Assembly: GCF_001194135.2 (NCBI RefSeq)
Contig: NC_069002.1
Coordinates: 16,363,351 to 16,427,120 of the forward strand
Direction: 5' to 3'
Source of the DNA: Octopus bimaculoides
Lineage: Eukaryota
Length of the DNA: 63,770 nucleotides
The notes beneath the pieces were generated by a model. It saw only the letters and a list, made by a program, of their open reading frames with translations. It ran no database searches and was not told the origin of the DNA. Made by a program: the position numbers and the translations under genes. Numbering within the stretch: position 1 is the first letter of the stretch; each line of letters starts with the position of its first letter. Positions 1 to 13,630 of this stretch are shown piece after piece.

Positions 1-31
1 ATCCACCACCACCACCACCACCACCACCACC

Positions 32-65
<34 letters not shown>

Positions 66-457
66 TCCACTACCACCATCAGCAGCAGCAGCATCTTTAA
101 AATGTCCACTTTCCCAAGTTTGCATGGGTCAGACCCAATTTGTTAAGGTTGATTTTCTACAAGAGGATGTTCTTCTGCTGACAAGTCTTTGAAACTATTT
201 TTCTTAAATTTACTAATAATTCACACTAAACTATAATTGCCAACTCAAGTTTGTGTCACTCCAGGCACTATTAAGACTATAATGATTAGAGTGTATTATC
301 AAATGACCCCCTTAAAGGGTCCTATAATCACTGACTTCACAAATTGTATTTATGGTATTTCACTGAAGTAACAAGGTTCTGTTGATAACCAGAAATATCT
401 AATGTGTTGGCAGGGAATACTGTTACATGTGATGAGGAATCTGTGTTGGCCAGAAAT

Positions 458-844
458 TTGTTGTTGTTAGCACTCCGTCGCTTACGACGTCGAGGGTTCC
501 AGTTGATCCAATCAACGGAACAGCCTGCTCGTGAAATTAACGTGCAAGTGGCTGGGCACTCCACAGACACGTGTACCCTTAACGTAGTTCTCGGGGATAT
601 TCAGCGTGACACAGTGTGACAAGGCTGACCCTTTGAATTACAGGCACAACAGAAACAGGAAGTAAGAGTGAGAGAAAGTTGTGGTGGAAGAGTACAGCAG
701 GGTTTACCACCATCCCTTGCCAGAGCCTCGTGGAGCTTTAGGTGTTTTCGCTCAATAAACACTCACAACGCCCGGTCTGGGAATCAAAACCGCGATCTCA
801 TGACCACGAGTCCGCTGCCCTAATCACTGGGCCATTGCGCCTCC
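458..844 (-). mobile_element. tRNA-derived SINE, family D (full length, (CAA)n tail)
   Basis: A box TGGCCCAGTG, B box GGTTTTGATTCC, TSD ggccagaaat/ggtcagaaat. Confidence 0.88.
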
Positions 845-856
845 TGGTCAGAAATA

Positions 857-1230
857 TTACATATGGAAAAGGTTATATTGGGTGAGAGCAGCTGAAAATA
901 TATAGCATGTGTGAACATGTAGCAGCTGAAAATATAAAATGGTGTGACATGTAGCAGCGAGAAATGTAAAATGGTGTGACATGTGACAGCTGGAAATATT
1001 GTAATATGACATGTGGCAACTAGAAATAATGTGTGGGACTACCATGTGGCAGCTGAAAAATACAGGGTGGTGTCACATGTGGCAGCTGGAAAATACAAGG
1101 TGGTGTCACATGTGGCAGTTGGAAAATACAAGGTGATGTCACATATGACAGCTAGAAATATGAAATCGTGTAGCATGTAGCAGCTAGAAATATTGTATGA
1201 GATGACATGTGGCAGCTAATAATACTGTAT
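857..1230 (+). repeat. Degenerate minisatellite, ~35-40 bp unit (catgtggcagctg(g/a)aaatac...gtgtca)
   Basis: About 10 imperfect units; more decayed units continue to ~1790. Confidence 0.7.
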
Positions 1231-1789
1231 TTCTTTTATTTCTTTATGGTTTTGGTGAGAGGAGGAAGGTCGGTGGCCATGATGCTTGTCGGGGCCTTGA
1301 GAAACGGTAGAGGAAAGGAAAGAATCTCCAAAAACAAGGATCTGGTCAAAATAATTGCAACAGAGTGGTAAAGGAACTCAAAGAAACAAGTGGTGGATTA
1401 GGTAGACACCCCACCACATGTGGTCTACTGCTACCACATGGTTGGTGTTAGTCTGTTAATAGAACAGTACAATGTGTCTCATGTGGTAGTTGGAAATAGA
1501 GTTTGGTGTTTAATGTGATATGAATTAGCTCAAAATAATAAACCATGTGGTTATAAATGAAGCTGATGTCTAGTATGATTCATCATGTGGCAGCTATGAA
1601 TATAGTAGGATGTGTCATAATGTACCTGGAAGTATAGTACGATATGTTGTGTGGTAAGCGCTATCAGAAAATATAATAAACCGTGCTATGTGATACATAG
1701 ATGTAGCGTATGAAGTAGTGTGAGGTAGTGTATGCTACATGAACTATACATGTGATATGTGGAAATATAGTATGATGTAATATCAGATA

Positions 1790-2000
1790 TAATGTGTGTG
1801 TACATATCTATATATTCTAAGGCAGCTCAAAGTAATGTTTTGTTATCATTCATGACTTTAATAAATATTATATTTGATGTGTGTAGAATCCTGGTGAATA
1901 GATTTTGTCATTACTTATTAACACATATATACATGTTAATATATATGTCAATAAATATTTATATATATATATACATATGTATGTGTATACATCTATATAT

Positions 2001-2064
<64 letters not shown>

Positions 2065-2187
2065 CTATACATATAAATATATATACATGCATATATATTT
2101 ATATAAGTATGTGTGTATGTGTGTGTATGTATGTGTGTATACACATATATATTATATATATTATATACATATATATATTATATATAC

Positions 2188-2275
<88 letters not shown>

Positions 2276-3071
2276 NNNNNNNNNNNNNNNNNNNNNNNNN
2301 NNNNNNNNNNNNNNNNNNNNNNNNNNNNNNNNNNNNNNNNNNNNNNNNNNNNNNNNNNNNNNNNNNNNNNNNNNNNNNNNNNNNNNNNNNNNNNNNNNNN
2401 NNNNNNNNNNNNNNNNNNNNNNNNNNNNNNNNNNNNNNNNNNNNNNNNNNNNNNNNNNNNNNNNNNNNNNNNNNNNNNNNNNNNNNNNNNNNNNNNNNNN
2501 NNNNNNNNNNNNNNNNNNNNNNNNNNNNNNNNNNNNNNNNNNNNNNNNNNNNNNNNNNNNNNNNNNNNNNNNNNNNNNNNNNNNNNNNNNNNNNNNNNNN
2601 NNNNNNNNNNNNNNNNNNNNNNNNNNNNNNNNNNNNNNNNNNNNNNNNNNNNNNNNNNNNNNNNNNNNNNNNNNNNNNNNNNNNNNNNNNNNNNNNNNNN
2701 NNNNNNNNNNNNNNNNNNNNNNNNNNNNNNNNNNNNNNNNNNNNNNNNNNNNNNNNNNNNNNNNNNNNNNNNNNNNNNNNNNNNNNNNNNNNNNNNNNNN
2801 NNNNNNNNNNNNNNNNNNNNNNNNNNNNNNNNNNNNNNNNNNNNNNNNNNNNNNNNNNNNNNNNNNNNNNNNNNNNNNNNNNNNNNNNNNNNNNNNNNNN
2901 NNNNNNNNNNNNNNNNNNNNNNNNNNNNNNNNNNNNNNNNNNNNNNNNNNNNNNNNNNNNNNNNNNNNNNNNNNNNNNNNNNNNNNNNNNNNNNNNNNNN
3001 NNNNNNNNNNNNNNNNNNNNNNNNNNNNNNNNNNNNNNNNNNNNNNNNNNNNNNNNNNNNNNNNNNNNNNN

Positions 3072-3114
<43 letters not shown>
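1790..3114. repeat. (TA)n/(CA)n microsatellite field spanning an N gap
   Basis: Direct reading. Similar fields at ~4975-5260, 13564-13640, 43280-43385, 47590-47780. Confidence 0.9.
2276..3071. other. Assembly gap (others: 7318-7327, 8431-9328, 10394-10645, 13106-13563, 21825-22110, 46690-47040, 53050-53651)
   Basis: N runs, mostly bounded by simple repeats or SINEs. Confidence 0.99.
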
Positions 3115-3117
<3 letters not shown>

Positions 3118-3119
3118 TT

Positions 3120-3480
3120 ATTGTCACCAGATCCTTCGTATTTAAGATCAGAAAAGAGATCCTGGCCCCTGGCAGGAATGCATCTTCTGTGGCCAAAAGA
3201 CAAAACAAACATTCTTGATGGTCAGACATTGTTAAAGGAGTTGAGTTTGTCCAGCATATCCAGGGCATCATTAACTTGAACCCCAGCAATTCAATGAGGG
3301 TTATTGCCTGTCATTTTCATGTGTTGGAGTCAATGATTAGATGTTTGGTGCACAAAGACATCAGGTAGAAATCTAATGCTATGAGAAGAGAGCATTTCAG
3401 GGAAACTGTTTAATCTGATCAAAATGCTTGCTGAACAAACTCAAGTACCCTGAAAAACATGACATTCTCTTGCTCTTCTC
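3120..3480 (+). mobile_element. Decayed mariner/maT-like transposase fragment
   Basis: EFVQHIQGIINLNPSNSMRVIACHFHVLESMIRCLVHKDI (HTH-like) followed by LLNKLKYPEKHDILLLFS, i.e. the region preceding the first catalytic D. Stops present. Confidence 0.7.
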
Positions 3481-3484
3481 AAGT

Positions 3485-3517
<33 letters not shown>

Positions 3518-3577
3518 GGTATATATGTATATGTGTATACACACACACATAACTCATATATATATATATATATATAT

Positions 3578-4170
3578 CATCATCATCGTTTAATGTCTGC
3601 TTTCCATGCTAGCATGGGTTGGATGATTTGACTGAGGACTGGTGAACCAGATAGCTACACCAGGCTCCAATCTGATTTGGCAGAGTTTCTACGGCTGGAT
3701 GCCCTTCCTAACGCCAACCACTCCGAGAGTGTAGTGGATGCTTTTACGTGCCACAGGCACGAAGGCCAGTCAGGAGGTACTGGCAACGGCCACGCTTGAT
3801 ATGGTGTATTTTATGTGCCACCTGCACAGGAGCCAGTCCAGCGGCACTGGCAACAACCTCGCACAAATGTCTTTTCACATGCCAGGAAGGCGACGCTGGT
3901 AACAATCACGCTCAAATGGTGCTATTTACATGCCACTGGCATGGAAGCCAGACAGCTGCTCTGGTAACAACCACACTCGGACGGTGCTCTTAGCGCTCCA
4001 CTGGTACAGGTGCCATCACGATTTCGCTTTCACTTGCCCCAACAGGTCTTCGCAAGCCAAGTTTAGTGTCCAATCAAGGAGATGTTGGCATGGGTGCCAG
4101 TCGTCAAATTTAGTTCGATTACGATTTCACTTGCCTCAACAGGTCTTCGCAAGCAGAGTTTAGTGTCCAA
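3578..4170 (-). mobile_element. RTE-derived 3' UTR element with internal repeated modules
   Basis: catcatcatcgtttaatgtctgctttccatgctagcatgggttgg tail, near-identical to 44570-44795 and complementary to 49290-49505. Confidence 0.8.
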
Positions 4171-5104
4171 TGAAGGAAAGGTATGTATAAGTGGGCGGAT
4201 CAATATAATCTATCACCATCACCTATTCCCTTAAAAAGGTTCACCCTTTTACAAGTCAGAACAAATCTAAGATGAAAGACACTCCATCCATGAACATCCC
4301 AGCATTTTTGACGAGCGATTCTCCTTTTTTAAGACATTTCAATGTGATTTTACTGCTGTAAAGAAACTGAGTAATGACTCCCACATGGATTTGACTCTCC
4401 TCCTCCTCCTTTTCTTCCTCTTCCTTCTCTTCCTCTTCCTTCTTCTATTCCTCCTCCTCCCAACAGGTTAGCTGCAATCAAGTTGCTGTTGTTTAACCCT
4501 AGGTCAACCCGAACCAAGTAGACATTCCAGCCATGACAATCCTGTCTATGCTTCTCATAAATGTCCTGCCTCTAGAGCACTGTTCTCTTATGTCCTTCAT
4601 TTCTTGAAGACAATAAAGAACGATTTGAGATAAACGTCTGCTACTTCTTGCAGATCAGCCAACCATGTAGTAGTTCTCTGACAAGGTCAAGAGGAGTTCA
4701 GTGGAATTAATTAGTTCTTTGTTAGCTGGGAAAGCTGGTCTTAATTAGATGTAAATAATGTTTGGTGTTTCTCTCAAGACTTTATGATGATTAAACAATA
4801 ACGATGATGACGACGATGACAACAACAACAACAACAGCAGCAGCAGCAGCAGTAATGATATTAACAATAAATTAATTCTGTCTATGACACCTGTTCAGGT
4901 GTGAGTCAGTGTGTTGGCCATTGTTGGCCCCTTAATCTCTTCATCACTTTGAAGTGATTTGAATTAAGTAATTTATGCATGTGTGTGTATGTGTGTGTGT
5001 GTGTGCATGTGTGTGTGTGCATGTGTGTGTGTGTATGCATATATTTTTCTCTCCCTCTCTTTCTCTCTCTCTCTCTCTTCTCACTCTCTCTCTCTATATG
5101 TGTG

Positions 5105-5141
<37 letters not shown>

Positions 5142-5173
5142 GGACGGACAGACAGACAGACAGACAGGCAGGC

Positions 5174-5250
<77 letters not shown>

Positions 5251-5339
5251 CAGACAGACATATGAATAGCAAAAGAATCAGAACCATGTAATCAACTTCA
5301 TTAGCTTACCACTGTTTCTTTTATAAGAAGCAGTGCACT

Positions 5340-5780
5340 TGAAACTGGGTACTTGTGCAATATCTGAAGGAATCCTCAGAGCCAGTGGTATGTAAAAATA
5401 CTTTCTGAGCATTGGCAGGCAAGGACTGAGACCATTTAGCATTATGCCGCGCTTTGAGTGTTGTGCCTCACGGAGGCAATGACCGAGTCCATTTGGCACT
5501 ATGCCATGCTTAAGAAGAAGACCCATCAAGCCAAGTAAAACCAGTCATGGCAGATACCAGTGTCATGCAAATGGCACTTGTGCCAGTGGCATGTAAAAGC
5601 ACCCATTACAATCTTGGAGTGGTTGGCATTAGGAAGGACATTGAGCCATAGAAACCATGCCAAAACAGATTGGTGTCTGGTGCAGCCTCCCTGCTTGCTG
5701 GCCCTGGTCAAACCATCCAATCTATGCCAGAATGGACAACAAAAGTTAAATGATGATGATGATGATGATGATGATGATAT
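5340..5780 (+). mobile_element. RTE LINE extreme 3' end with (GAT)n tail
   Basis: LTEAMT...AMLKKKTHQAK* followed by the same UTR as 55095-55330 and (GAT)n. Confidence 0.75.
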
Positions 5781-7690
5781 ATACACACAGACATTCATAT
5801 ATACCCTCTTTAACTCTTTTAATGGTTGTTGCTTTTGTAACTACACCATGTTTTTATTTTTACCTATGCACACACATACACACATTCATGCATGTACGTG
5901 TACATATGTGTGTGTGTGTAAGTTTTACAATCATATACCTTTTATTTTATGGTTAATTAAACTAATACCTGGAACTGTACCAATTTCTCTCATTCTCATT
6001 TCCACAAATGGCTGTATTCAATCAATTATTCTTTATTGATTATCAATATTTAGTTTCTCATGAAATGGCCAGCACAATATTTATTTTCTTTGTTTGTTAA
6101 TGTGGATTTTTTTATTGTAGAATATAAATGATCAATATATTTTCTTTCTGTGACAATTGTTTAATCAGATATAATGAACACACTGCAAACCAATTAATTC
6201 TTCATTGATCCTCCCATTGGTCACTCCTTGTAAGGTAGGTCACATCTGTCCTGGCCACCAGTTTTGTATTTTGACTGAGCTTGGGTTTCTAAACAAGTCT
6301 TTGGCAGATACTTAAGTCCCAATATGCACTGAGTGTCATTCTATGATTCATTGTGTCATATAATGAATAAGCTCTACCTTGTTTGCATGCATGCACACAC
6401 ACATGCCCGTGTGTGTGTGTTGGTGCACGTGCATGTATCATCATCTTCATCTTTTTAACAGCTGCTTTTTCACGCTGGTATGGATTAGAAGATACTTTTG
6501 AGGCAGTATTTTAAAACTGGACACCCTACAACCAGTTCTTATCAGTTGCCTCTTACAACCATCAAAGATGTTGTGCATCTATTCTAAAAAATAAGATAAT
6601 GGGATACATATCTAATACATATTTGGAAATCTGTGGGTGTGCTTGTTTGTGGCATTGTTATCTAACTCTTCCTGCATCGTTTTATCGATTTTGCTGAAAC
6701 TTGAAATGTGAGTAGAACTCATGTCTGGAAAACTAGTGACATACTTAGATTATTGAAAAATTTGATAATAGGGCACCTGGAAAGGATTCTTATACCTACT
6801 ACAAATAACTAATATATTATTTTTAAAAATCCAAGAGAAATAACCCATTCGCTCCTGAAAGGGATAGTTATATATAGCCAAGGGAAATAACCCATTCATG
6901 TTCATAAATTATTTCGTATAAATTCAATTGAGTATGCTTATTTCTTAGTATTTGAACTATGTGAGTTATTTTCGCAATTTATCCAGTAAAACGCTTAAAG
7001 AAGTAAATAGTATTTTCCTAAATAGATCCACCTATTTCTGTTAGTGACTTATTCATGATTTCATGTTATTATATAACTGACTTCACAATTTAGGTATTCA
7101 TAACTTATTGGGAATTCCTAAAACAAGATCCTGTGTAAGACAATAAAGGGACAAAAACCGTTTTAAGGGCTACATACTTTGTATTGTTGTTACTGGATCA
7201 GATGAGTGTATGTATATACATAAGTGTGTGTGTATGTGTGAGTGTGAGTGTGTGTGTGTGTATGGATGTATATGTGTGTATGTATGTATATGTGTGTGTG
7301 TGTGTGTGTGTATATATNNNNNNNNNNTAATAGCCTCAGACCGACCAAAGCATTGTGAGTGGATTTCGTACATGGAAACTAAAAGAAGACTGTCGTATAT
7401 ATGTGTATGTTTGTGAGTGTGTGTATGTCTGTCTGCATTTGTACCCCCACCATTGCTTGACAACCGATGTTCCTGTGCTTACATTCCCATAACTTAGCAG
7501 TTCAGCAAAAGAGACCGATAGAATAAGTACTAGGCTTACAACGAATAAATCCTGTGGTCGATTTTTTCAACCAAAGTTGGTGCTCCAGCATGGCCACAGT
7601 CACATGACTGAAACAAGTAAAACAATAAAACAAAAACTATGCCATTTTAATCCCGAGCAAGGCTGGGTATCTCTGCTAGTATATATACAT

Positions 7691-7803
7691 ATAATGATAA
7701 AGTGGCCAGCAAATATAAATTAAATATGCAAAATATATAATAATATGCAAAATGTTATATATTTTGCATATTTGGATTATGTTGCTGGCCACTTCATCAT
7801 TAT
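7691..7803. repeat. ~113-nt imperfect hairpin (50-bp arms, 14-nt loop)
   Basis: ataatgataaagtggccagcaa...ttgctggccacttcatcattat. Confidence 0.75.
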
Positions 7804-9939
7804 TTTTATAGATAATGATAACTTATTTGAATTTTATATATATATATATGATAAGCATTTTTCAGTTTCCATCTATCAAATCCACTCACAAGGATTTGGT
7901 CGGCCCAAGGCTATAGTAGAAGACACTTGCCCAAGGTACCATGCAGTGGGACTGAACCCAGAACCATGTGGTTGGGAAGCAAGCTTCTTACCACACAGCC
8001 ATACCTGCGCCTTATATATGTATTATATATATTAACTTTATGCATATATTATATAAGAATATTTTAATGTATATTACGTGTGTATGTGCATAGCTGCACA
8101 CACACACACACACACACATACATAAATATGTATATGTCTATATTTATGAGTGCATATACATAGGATATAGTTGAAACTGAATGACTTAAAGTTATATTGG
8201 GAAGCTTGAAGATGCTAAAAATATGTAACCTTTGCATATGGTTTGCTCAGGAATGGAACAATGATGGCATTTTATTATCTTAGAACACTTGAACCATTAA
8301 TGGAATCAGAAAGATCAGGCCTTAGTGACCTTGACATTATTCCAGGTTTGCCTATCTTTGTATCTCAAAAATATTTGAGATTCTTGGACACTGTTCATAA
8401 CATCTGTGGTGGTGGTGGTGGTGGTGGTGGNNNNNNNNNNNNNNNNNNNNNNNNNNNNNNNNNNNNNNNNNNNNNNNNNNNNNNNNNNNNNNNNNNNNNN
8501 NNNNNNNNNNNNNNNNNNNNNNNNNNNNNNNNNNNNNNNNNNNNNNNNNNNNNNNNNNNNNNNNNNNNNNNNNNNNNNNNNNNNNNNNNNNNNNNNNNNN
8601 NNNNNNNNNNNNNNNNNNNNNNNNNNNNNNNNNNNNNNNNNNNNNNNNNNNNNNNNNNNNNNNNNNNNNNNNNNNNNNNNNNNNNNNNNNNNNNNNNNNN
8701 NNNNNNNNNNNNNNNNNNNNNNNNNNNNNNNNNNNNNNNNNNNNNNNNNNNNNNNNNNNNNNNNNNNNNNNNNNNNNNNNNNNNNNNNNNNNNNNNNNNN
8801 NNNNNNNNNNNNNNNNNNNNNNNNNNNNNNNNNNNNNNNNNNNNNNNNNNNNNNNNNNNNNNNNNNNNNNNNNNNNNNNNNNNNNNNNNNNNNNNNNNNN
8901 NNNNNNNNNNNNNNNNNNNNNNNNNNNNNNNNNNNNNNNNNNNNNNNNNNNNNNNNNNNNNNNNNNNNNNNNNNNNNNNNNNNNNNNNNNNNNNNNNNNN
9001 NNNNNNNNNNNNNNNNNNNNNNNNNNNNNNNNNNNNNNNNNNNNNNNNNNNNNNNNNNNNNNNNNNNNNNNNNNNNNNNNNNNNNNNNNNNNNNNNNNNN
9101 NNNNNNNNNNNNNNNNNNNNNNNNNNNNNNNNNNNNNNNNNNNNNNNNNNNNNNNNNNNNNNNNNNNNNNNNNNNNNNNNNNNNNNNNNNNNNNNNNNNN
9201 NNNNNNNNNNNNNNNNNNNNNNNNNNNNNNNNNNNNNNNNNNNNNNNNNNNNNNNNNNNNNNNNNNNNNNNNNNNNNNNNNNNNNNNNNNNNNNNNNNNN
9301 NNNNNNNNNNNNNNNNNNNNNNNNNNNNTTACTTCAGCTCTCCTTTTCGTGATTCACTCCAGATAAACAAATGGCACAACACAAACTTTTCAAAACCATT
9401 TATGGAAATATTAAAAATATGACAGTGATTGTGTATAAAGTGAAAGCAACAGACAGACAAACTGACAGGCAGGCAGTCTGGTAAGCTGGCAGAGCGCAAA
9501 TGTCTGATTTTCTGTGAAGGATTTTTTTTTTTTTTAAATGGGTCAATAAGAAGGAATGGGATCTTAGTCGGGATCTTTACCATTTCTCTTGTAATGGTGA
9601 GAATCAATGAGCTTGTTGCTTTTGGTTGTAGTGGTGGTGGTGGTGGTGTTCAGTTTGAAAGTTTACAGGTTGCTGTAAGGAAGCAAATGTAGGTGTGAGA
9701 GGAATTTCCAAAGAATTCTAAAGAATTCCAAAGGAATTTCCAAAGTCTAAGAGAAAAACGGAATGATTAAGAAAAAACAGAAAGCAAGGGTTTGGAAGTG
9801 GAACAATATATACAGTGGGTAATGAGGGAGAGAGAGAAACAAATAAATTTGGTGGAGTGAGGTGGGCCTGGGTGGAGAAGATATGGATCCAGTCAGATCA
9901 GAAAACTTTGTAAAAGTTCACAACTGAAGAAGCTTTACC

Positions 9940-10003
9940 TTATTCAGACTGTACTTTATTCAGACTGTACTTTATTCAGACTGTACTTTATTCCCACTGT
10001 ACT
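9940..10003 (+). repeat. 16-bp tandem repeat (ttattcagactgtact) x4
   Basis: Three exact units and one variant. Confidence 0.85.
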
Positions 10004-10352
10004 ACATTTAGAGTGTACTTTCTCAATTTCCAAACTGATAAGATCATATTTGAATTTCAAAAATTGAGAGCAAATAAAAAACAAATTATGTAAACCATTT
10101 TTGGTTCTTCATTTTTTACTCATTACTCTCTTTTTCTCTTTTTTATTTGTTTCAGTCATTTGACTGTGGCCATGCTGGAGCACTGCCTTTAGTCGAGCAA
10201 ATCGACCCCAGGACTTATTCTTTGTAAGTCTAGTACTTATTCTATCGGTCTCTTTTGCCAAACCGCTAAGTTATGGGGATGTGAACACACTAGCATCAGT
10301 TGTCAAGCGATGTTGGGAGAACAAACACAAACACACAAACATATACCCACAC

Positions 10353-10393
<41 letters not shown>

Positions 10394-10812
10394 NNNNNNN
10401 NNNNNNNNNNNNNNNNNNNNNNNNNNNNNNNNNNNNNNNNNNNNNNNNNNNNNNNNNNNNNNNNNNNNNNNNNNNNNNNNNNNNNNNNNNNNNNNNNNNN
10501 NNNNNNNNNNNNNNNNNNNNNNNNNNNNNNNNNNNNNNNNNNNNNNNNNNNNNNNNNNNNNNNNNNNNNNNNNNNNNNNNNNNNNNNNNNNNNNNNNNNN
10601 NNNNNNNNNNNNNNNNNNNNNNNNNNNNNNNNNNNNNNNNNNNNNGTGTGTGTGTAGCTGCAAGTATGACTGTGGTAAGCTGGCTTCCCAACCACATGGT
10701 TCTGGGCTCAGTCCCACTGCATAGCACCTTGGGCAAGTCTTTTCTACTATAGCCTTGGGTCGACTAAAGCCTTGTGAGTGGATTCAGTAAATGAAAACTG
10801 AAAGGAAACTGT

Positions 10813-10844
<32 letters not shown>

Positions 10845-10900
10845 TATGTATGTATGTATATATATCATCATCATTTAACATCCACCTTGCATGCTAGCAT

Positions 10901-10937
<37 letters not shown>

Positions 10938-11795
10938 AAGAGGCAGCAGAGTCGGTGGCAGAGGCGGTGGCGATGGCAGAGGTGGCAGTGATGGTGGGCA
11001 GTGGATGAAATCAACCATGTATCAACTCTGAACGCATAGAAACAGAACAAATACCAAGAGGTATTTTAATCTGATCCCCTAACAGTTTTGCCAATCTACT
11101 TCCCTAGCGCAGTACTTTATGGACACCCCTGTTTCCACTCCAACAATCTGAATCCTAAAGGGTTTAAACCTGTTCTAGAAGTGAAGCTTGGCATTAAACA
11201 CCAACAACATGTAAGGGTCAGCAAAGACCTCCCAACAGCAAAGGCAATGAGAACACTCGTCTATGCACTCTGTCTGTGGCCCCCACAAACCTGCAGTGTC
11301 CTCTCTTCCTGTTGTTTTTATCACTACTACCATAACTTGTGATCTTCAAAGTTGGCCACTTTCAAGCCACTTCCATTCAAGAATCCCTCACTCACTCATC
11401 TCTTCTTGTCTTTTCATCAGTCATATTGTCTACTACCCCACCTAGACGACACCTTGACTGCCTTCATATCCAGGCCTTCCTCCTCTATCTCTGAAAAAAA
11501 AAATGCTGTGATGGTGATGACAGATCGATCGTAGCTGACCTGGTGTTAAGCAAGGGAACTTTTACCCTTAAGTAGTCGCTCGACAGGCTAGAAATAGCAG
11601 CCGATTCTTCATCTGATTACAATTTAGCGTCTTAAAAGCGGAAATGTGGTGGTGAAATCCCTTACCGCCTGATAGAATCATGGGGGTGGGCGTCAGGATG
11701 TTTGGTGTTTCTTGAGTATTTTTAAACAGCTGGAACCCAGACCTCTCCAGATCTAAACACGATAAGAGATGGAGGGAGAGAGAGGGGGGAGAAAT

Positions 11796-11946
11796 GAAGA
11801 AGAAGAAGAAGAAGAAGAAGAAGAAGAAGAAGAAGAAGAAAAGGAAGAAGAAGAAGAAGAAGAAGAAGAAGAAGAAGAAGAAGAAGAAGAAGAAGAAGAA
11901 GAAGAAGAAAAGGAAGAAGAAGGAGAAGAAGAAGAAGAAGAAGAAG
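11796..11946 (+). repeat. (GAA)n tract of ~150 bp
   Basis: Direct reading; three small interruptions. Confidence 0.95.
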
Positions 11947-12223
11947 ACGATGACGATGAATGCAACTGGCGCTTTATTTATCGACGTCGAAGGATCAAAA
12001 TCGAAGGTGACTTCGATGAGATTCGAACACGGAGCGTAAGAGGGGGAGTGGGAATGACAGCGAGAGAGAGAGAGAGAGAGAGAGAGGTGGAAAGAATACC
12101 GCAAAGCATATAGTAATCAAATAATGTAACTTAGGACAGAATGGTCGCGGCTGGAACGCCTTTCATCGTAAGAGATCTATCGATCAAACTGCCTTGTGGA
12201 GGAAGAGGAAGTAAACAATACCC

Positions 12224-12254
<31 letters not shown>

Positions 12255-12961
12255 TATCGCCATTCAGACAATGACGTCTACTATCGCATAAAAACCACCA
12301 CCACCATCATAACACCAATACCCTCATAACTTACATCATAACAATAAGCACCACTGGCTCCGCCGTCATCACAGCTGAGATTCCATCTCGTACAAGGGAA
12401 GCCGCCTCTAATCTGGGTCACAGATCACAGTCTGAGAGTGTCATGACAGTTATTGCTTCCCAGTTAAACCACGTGGTCTTGGTAGTCTTATGACCAAATA
12501 CGGTTGTATATTTCAAGAGAAGACGGCGGCTTTCGAATACTACGGAAGACCAACTGTGTAAACATTTGTCATAAGAGCTATACATTATACATATAGACAC
12601 GCACTTATACACACTCCCATCCGCTTTCTCCTCATGTCAGGCAAGTATCCATTAGCATCAATAAATACTCGATTATCTTTTATCTTTTACCTGTTTCAGT
12701 CATTAGACTATGGCCATGCTGGGGCACCACCTTAAAGAATTTTAGTCGAACGAATCGACTCCAGTACTTATTTTTTTTGTAAAGTCTGGTACTTGTTCTA
12801 TTGTTCTCTGTTGCCGAACTGCTAAGTTACGAGAACGTAAACACGCCAACGCTTTTTTTTTTTTAGCTGTGGTAGGGGACAACCACAGACACAAAGACAC
12901 ATACACGCCTGAGTGGATTTGGTAGACGGAAAATGATAGAAGCATGCTGTATATATATTAT

Positions 12962-13026
<65 letters not shown>

Positions 13027-13563
13027 TTCTCTCCTTTTTTCTCTCTACTTGTTTCTTTCTGTGTTCCTTTCTGTGGAAGAGCCTAGGCTCGAAACATTAA
13101 AGACTNNNNNNNNNNNNNNNNNNNNNNNNNNNNNNNNNNNNNNNNNNNNNNNNNNNNNNNNNNNNNNNNNNNNNNNNNNNNNNNNNNNNNNNNNNNNNNN
13201 NNNNNNNNNNNNNNNNNNNNNNNNNNNNNNNNNNNNNNNNNNNNNNNNNNNNNNNNNNNNNNNNNNNNNNNNNNNNNNNNNNNNNNNNNNNNNNNNNNNN
13301 NNNNNNNNNNNNNNNNNNNNNNNNNNNNNNNNNNNNNNNNNNNNNNNNNNNNNNNNNNNNNNNNNNNNNNNNNNNNNNNNNNNNNNNNNNNNNNNNNNNN
13401 NNNNNNNNNNNNNNNNNNNNNNNNNNNNNNNNNNNNNNNNNNNNNNNNNNNNNNNNNNNNNNNNNNNNNNNNNNNNNNNNNNNNNNNNNNNNNNNNNNNN
13501 NNNNNNNNNNNNNNNNNNNNNNNNNNNNNNNNNNNNNNNNNNNNNNNNNNNNNNNNNNNNNNN

Positions 13564-13630
<67 letters not shown>

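Noticed and set aside
1792-3289. Long ORFs (up to 396 aa) in the ORF track
   Set aside because: Translations of (TA)n/(CA)n and N gaps. The same applies to ORFs at 8243-9422, 10271-10752, 12944-13657, 46549-47232, 47478-47829 and 53011-53676.
6169-6234. Exon with in-frame TGA (selenocysteine?) joining to 8251
   Set aside because: All frames contain stops, and there is no recognisable selenoprotein motif or SECIS evidence
11769-12113. Poly-Glu / poly-Lys / poly-Phe / poly-Ser ORFs
   Set aside because: Six-frame readings of the GAA tract; no splice or homology support
12335-12370. Minus-strand MTAEPVVLIVM resembling a gluconokinase N-terminus
   Set aside because: The following GxSGSGK P-loop is absent and no downstream exon was found
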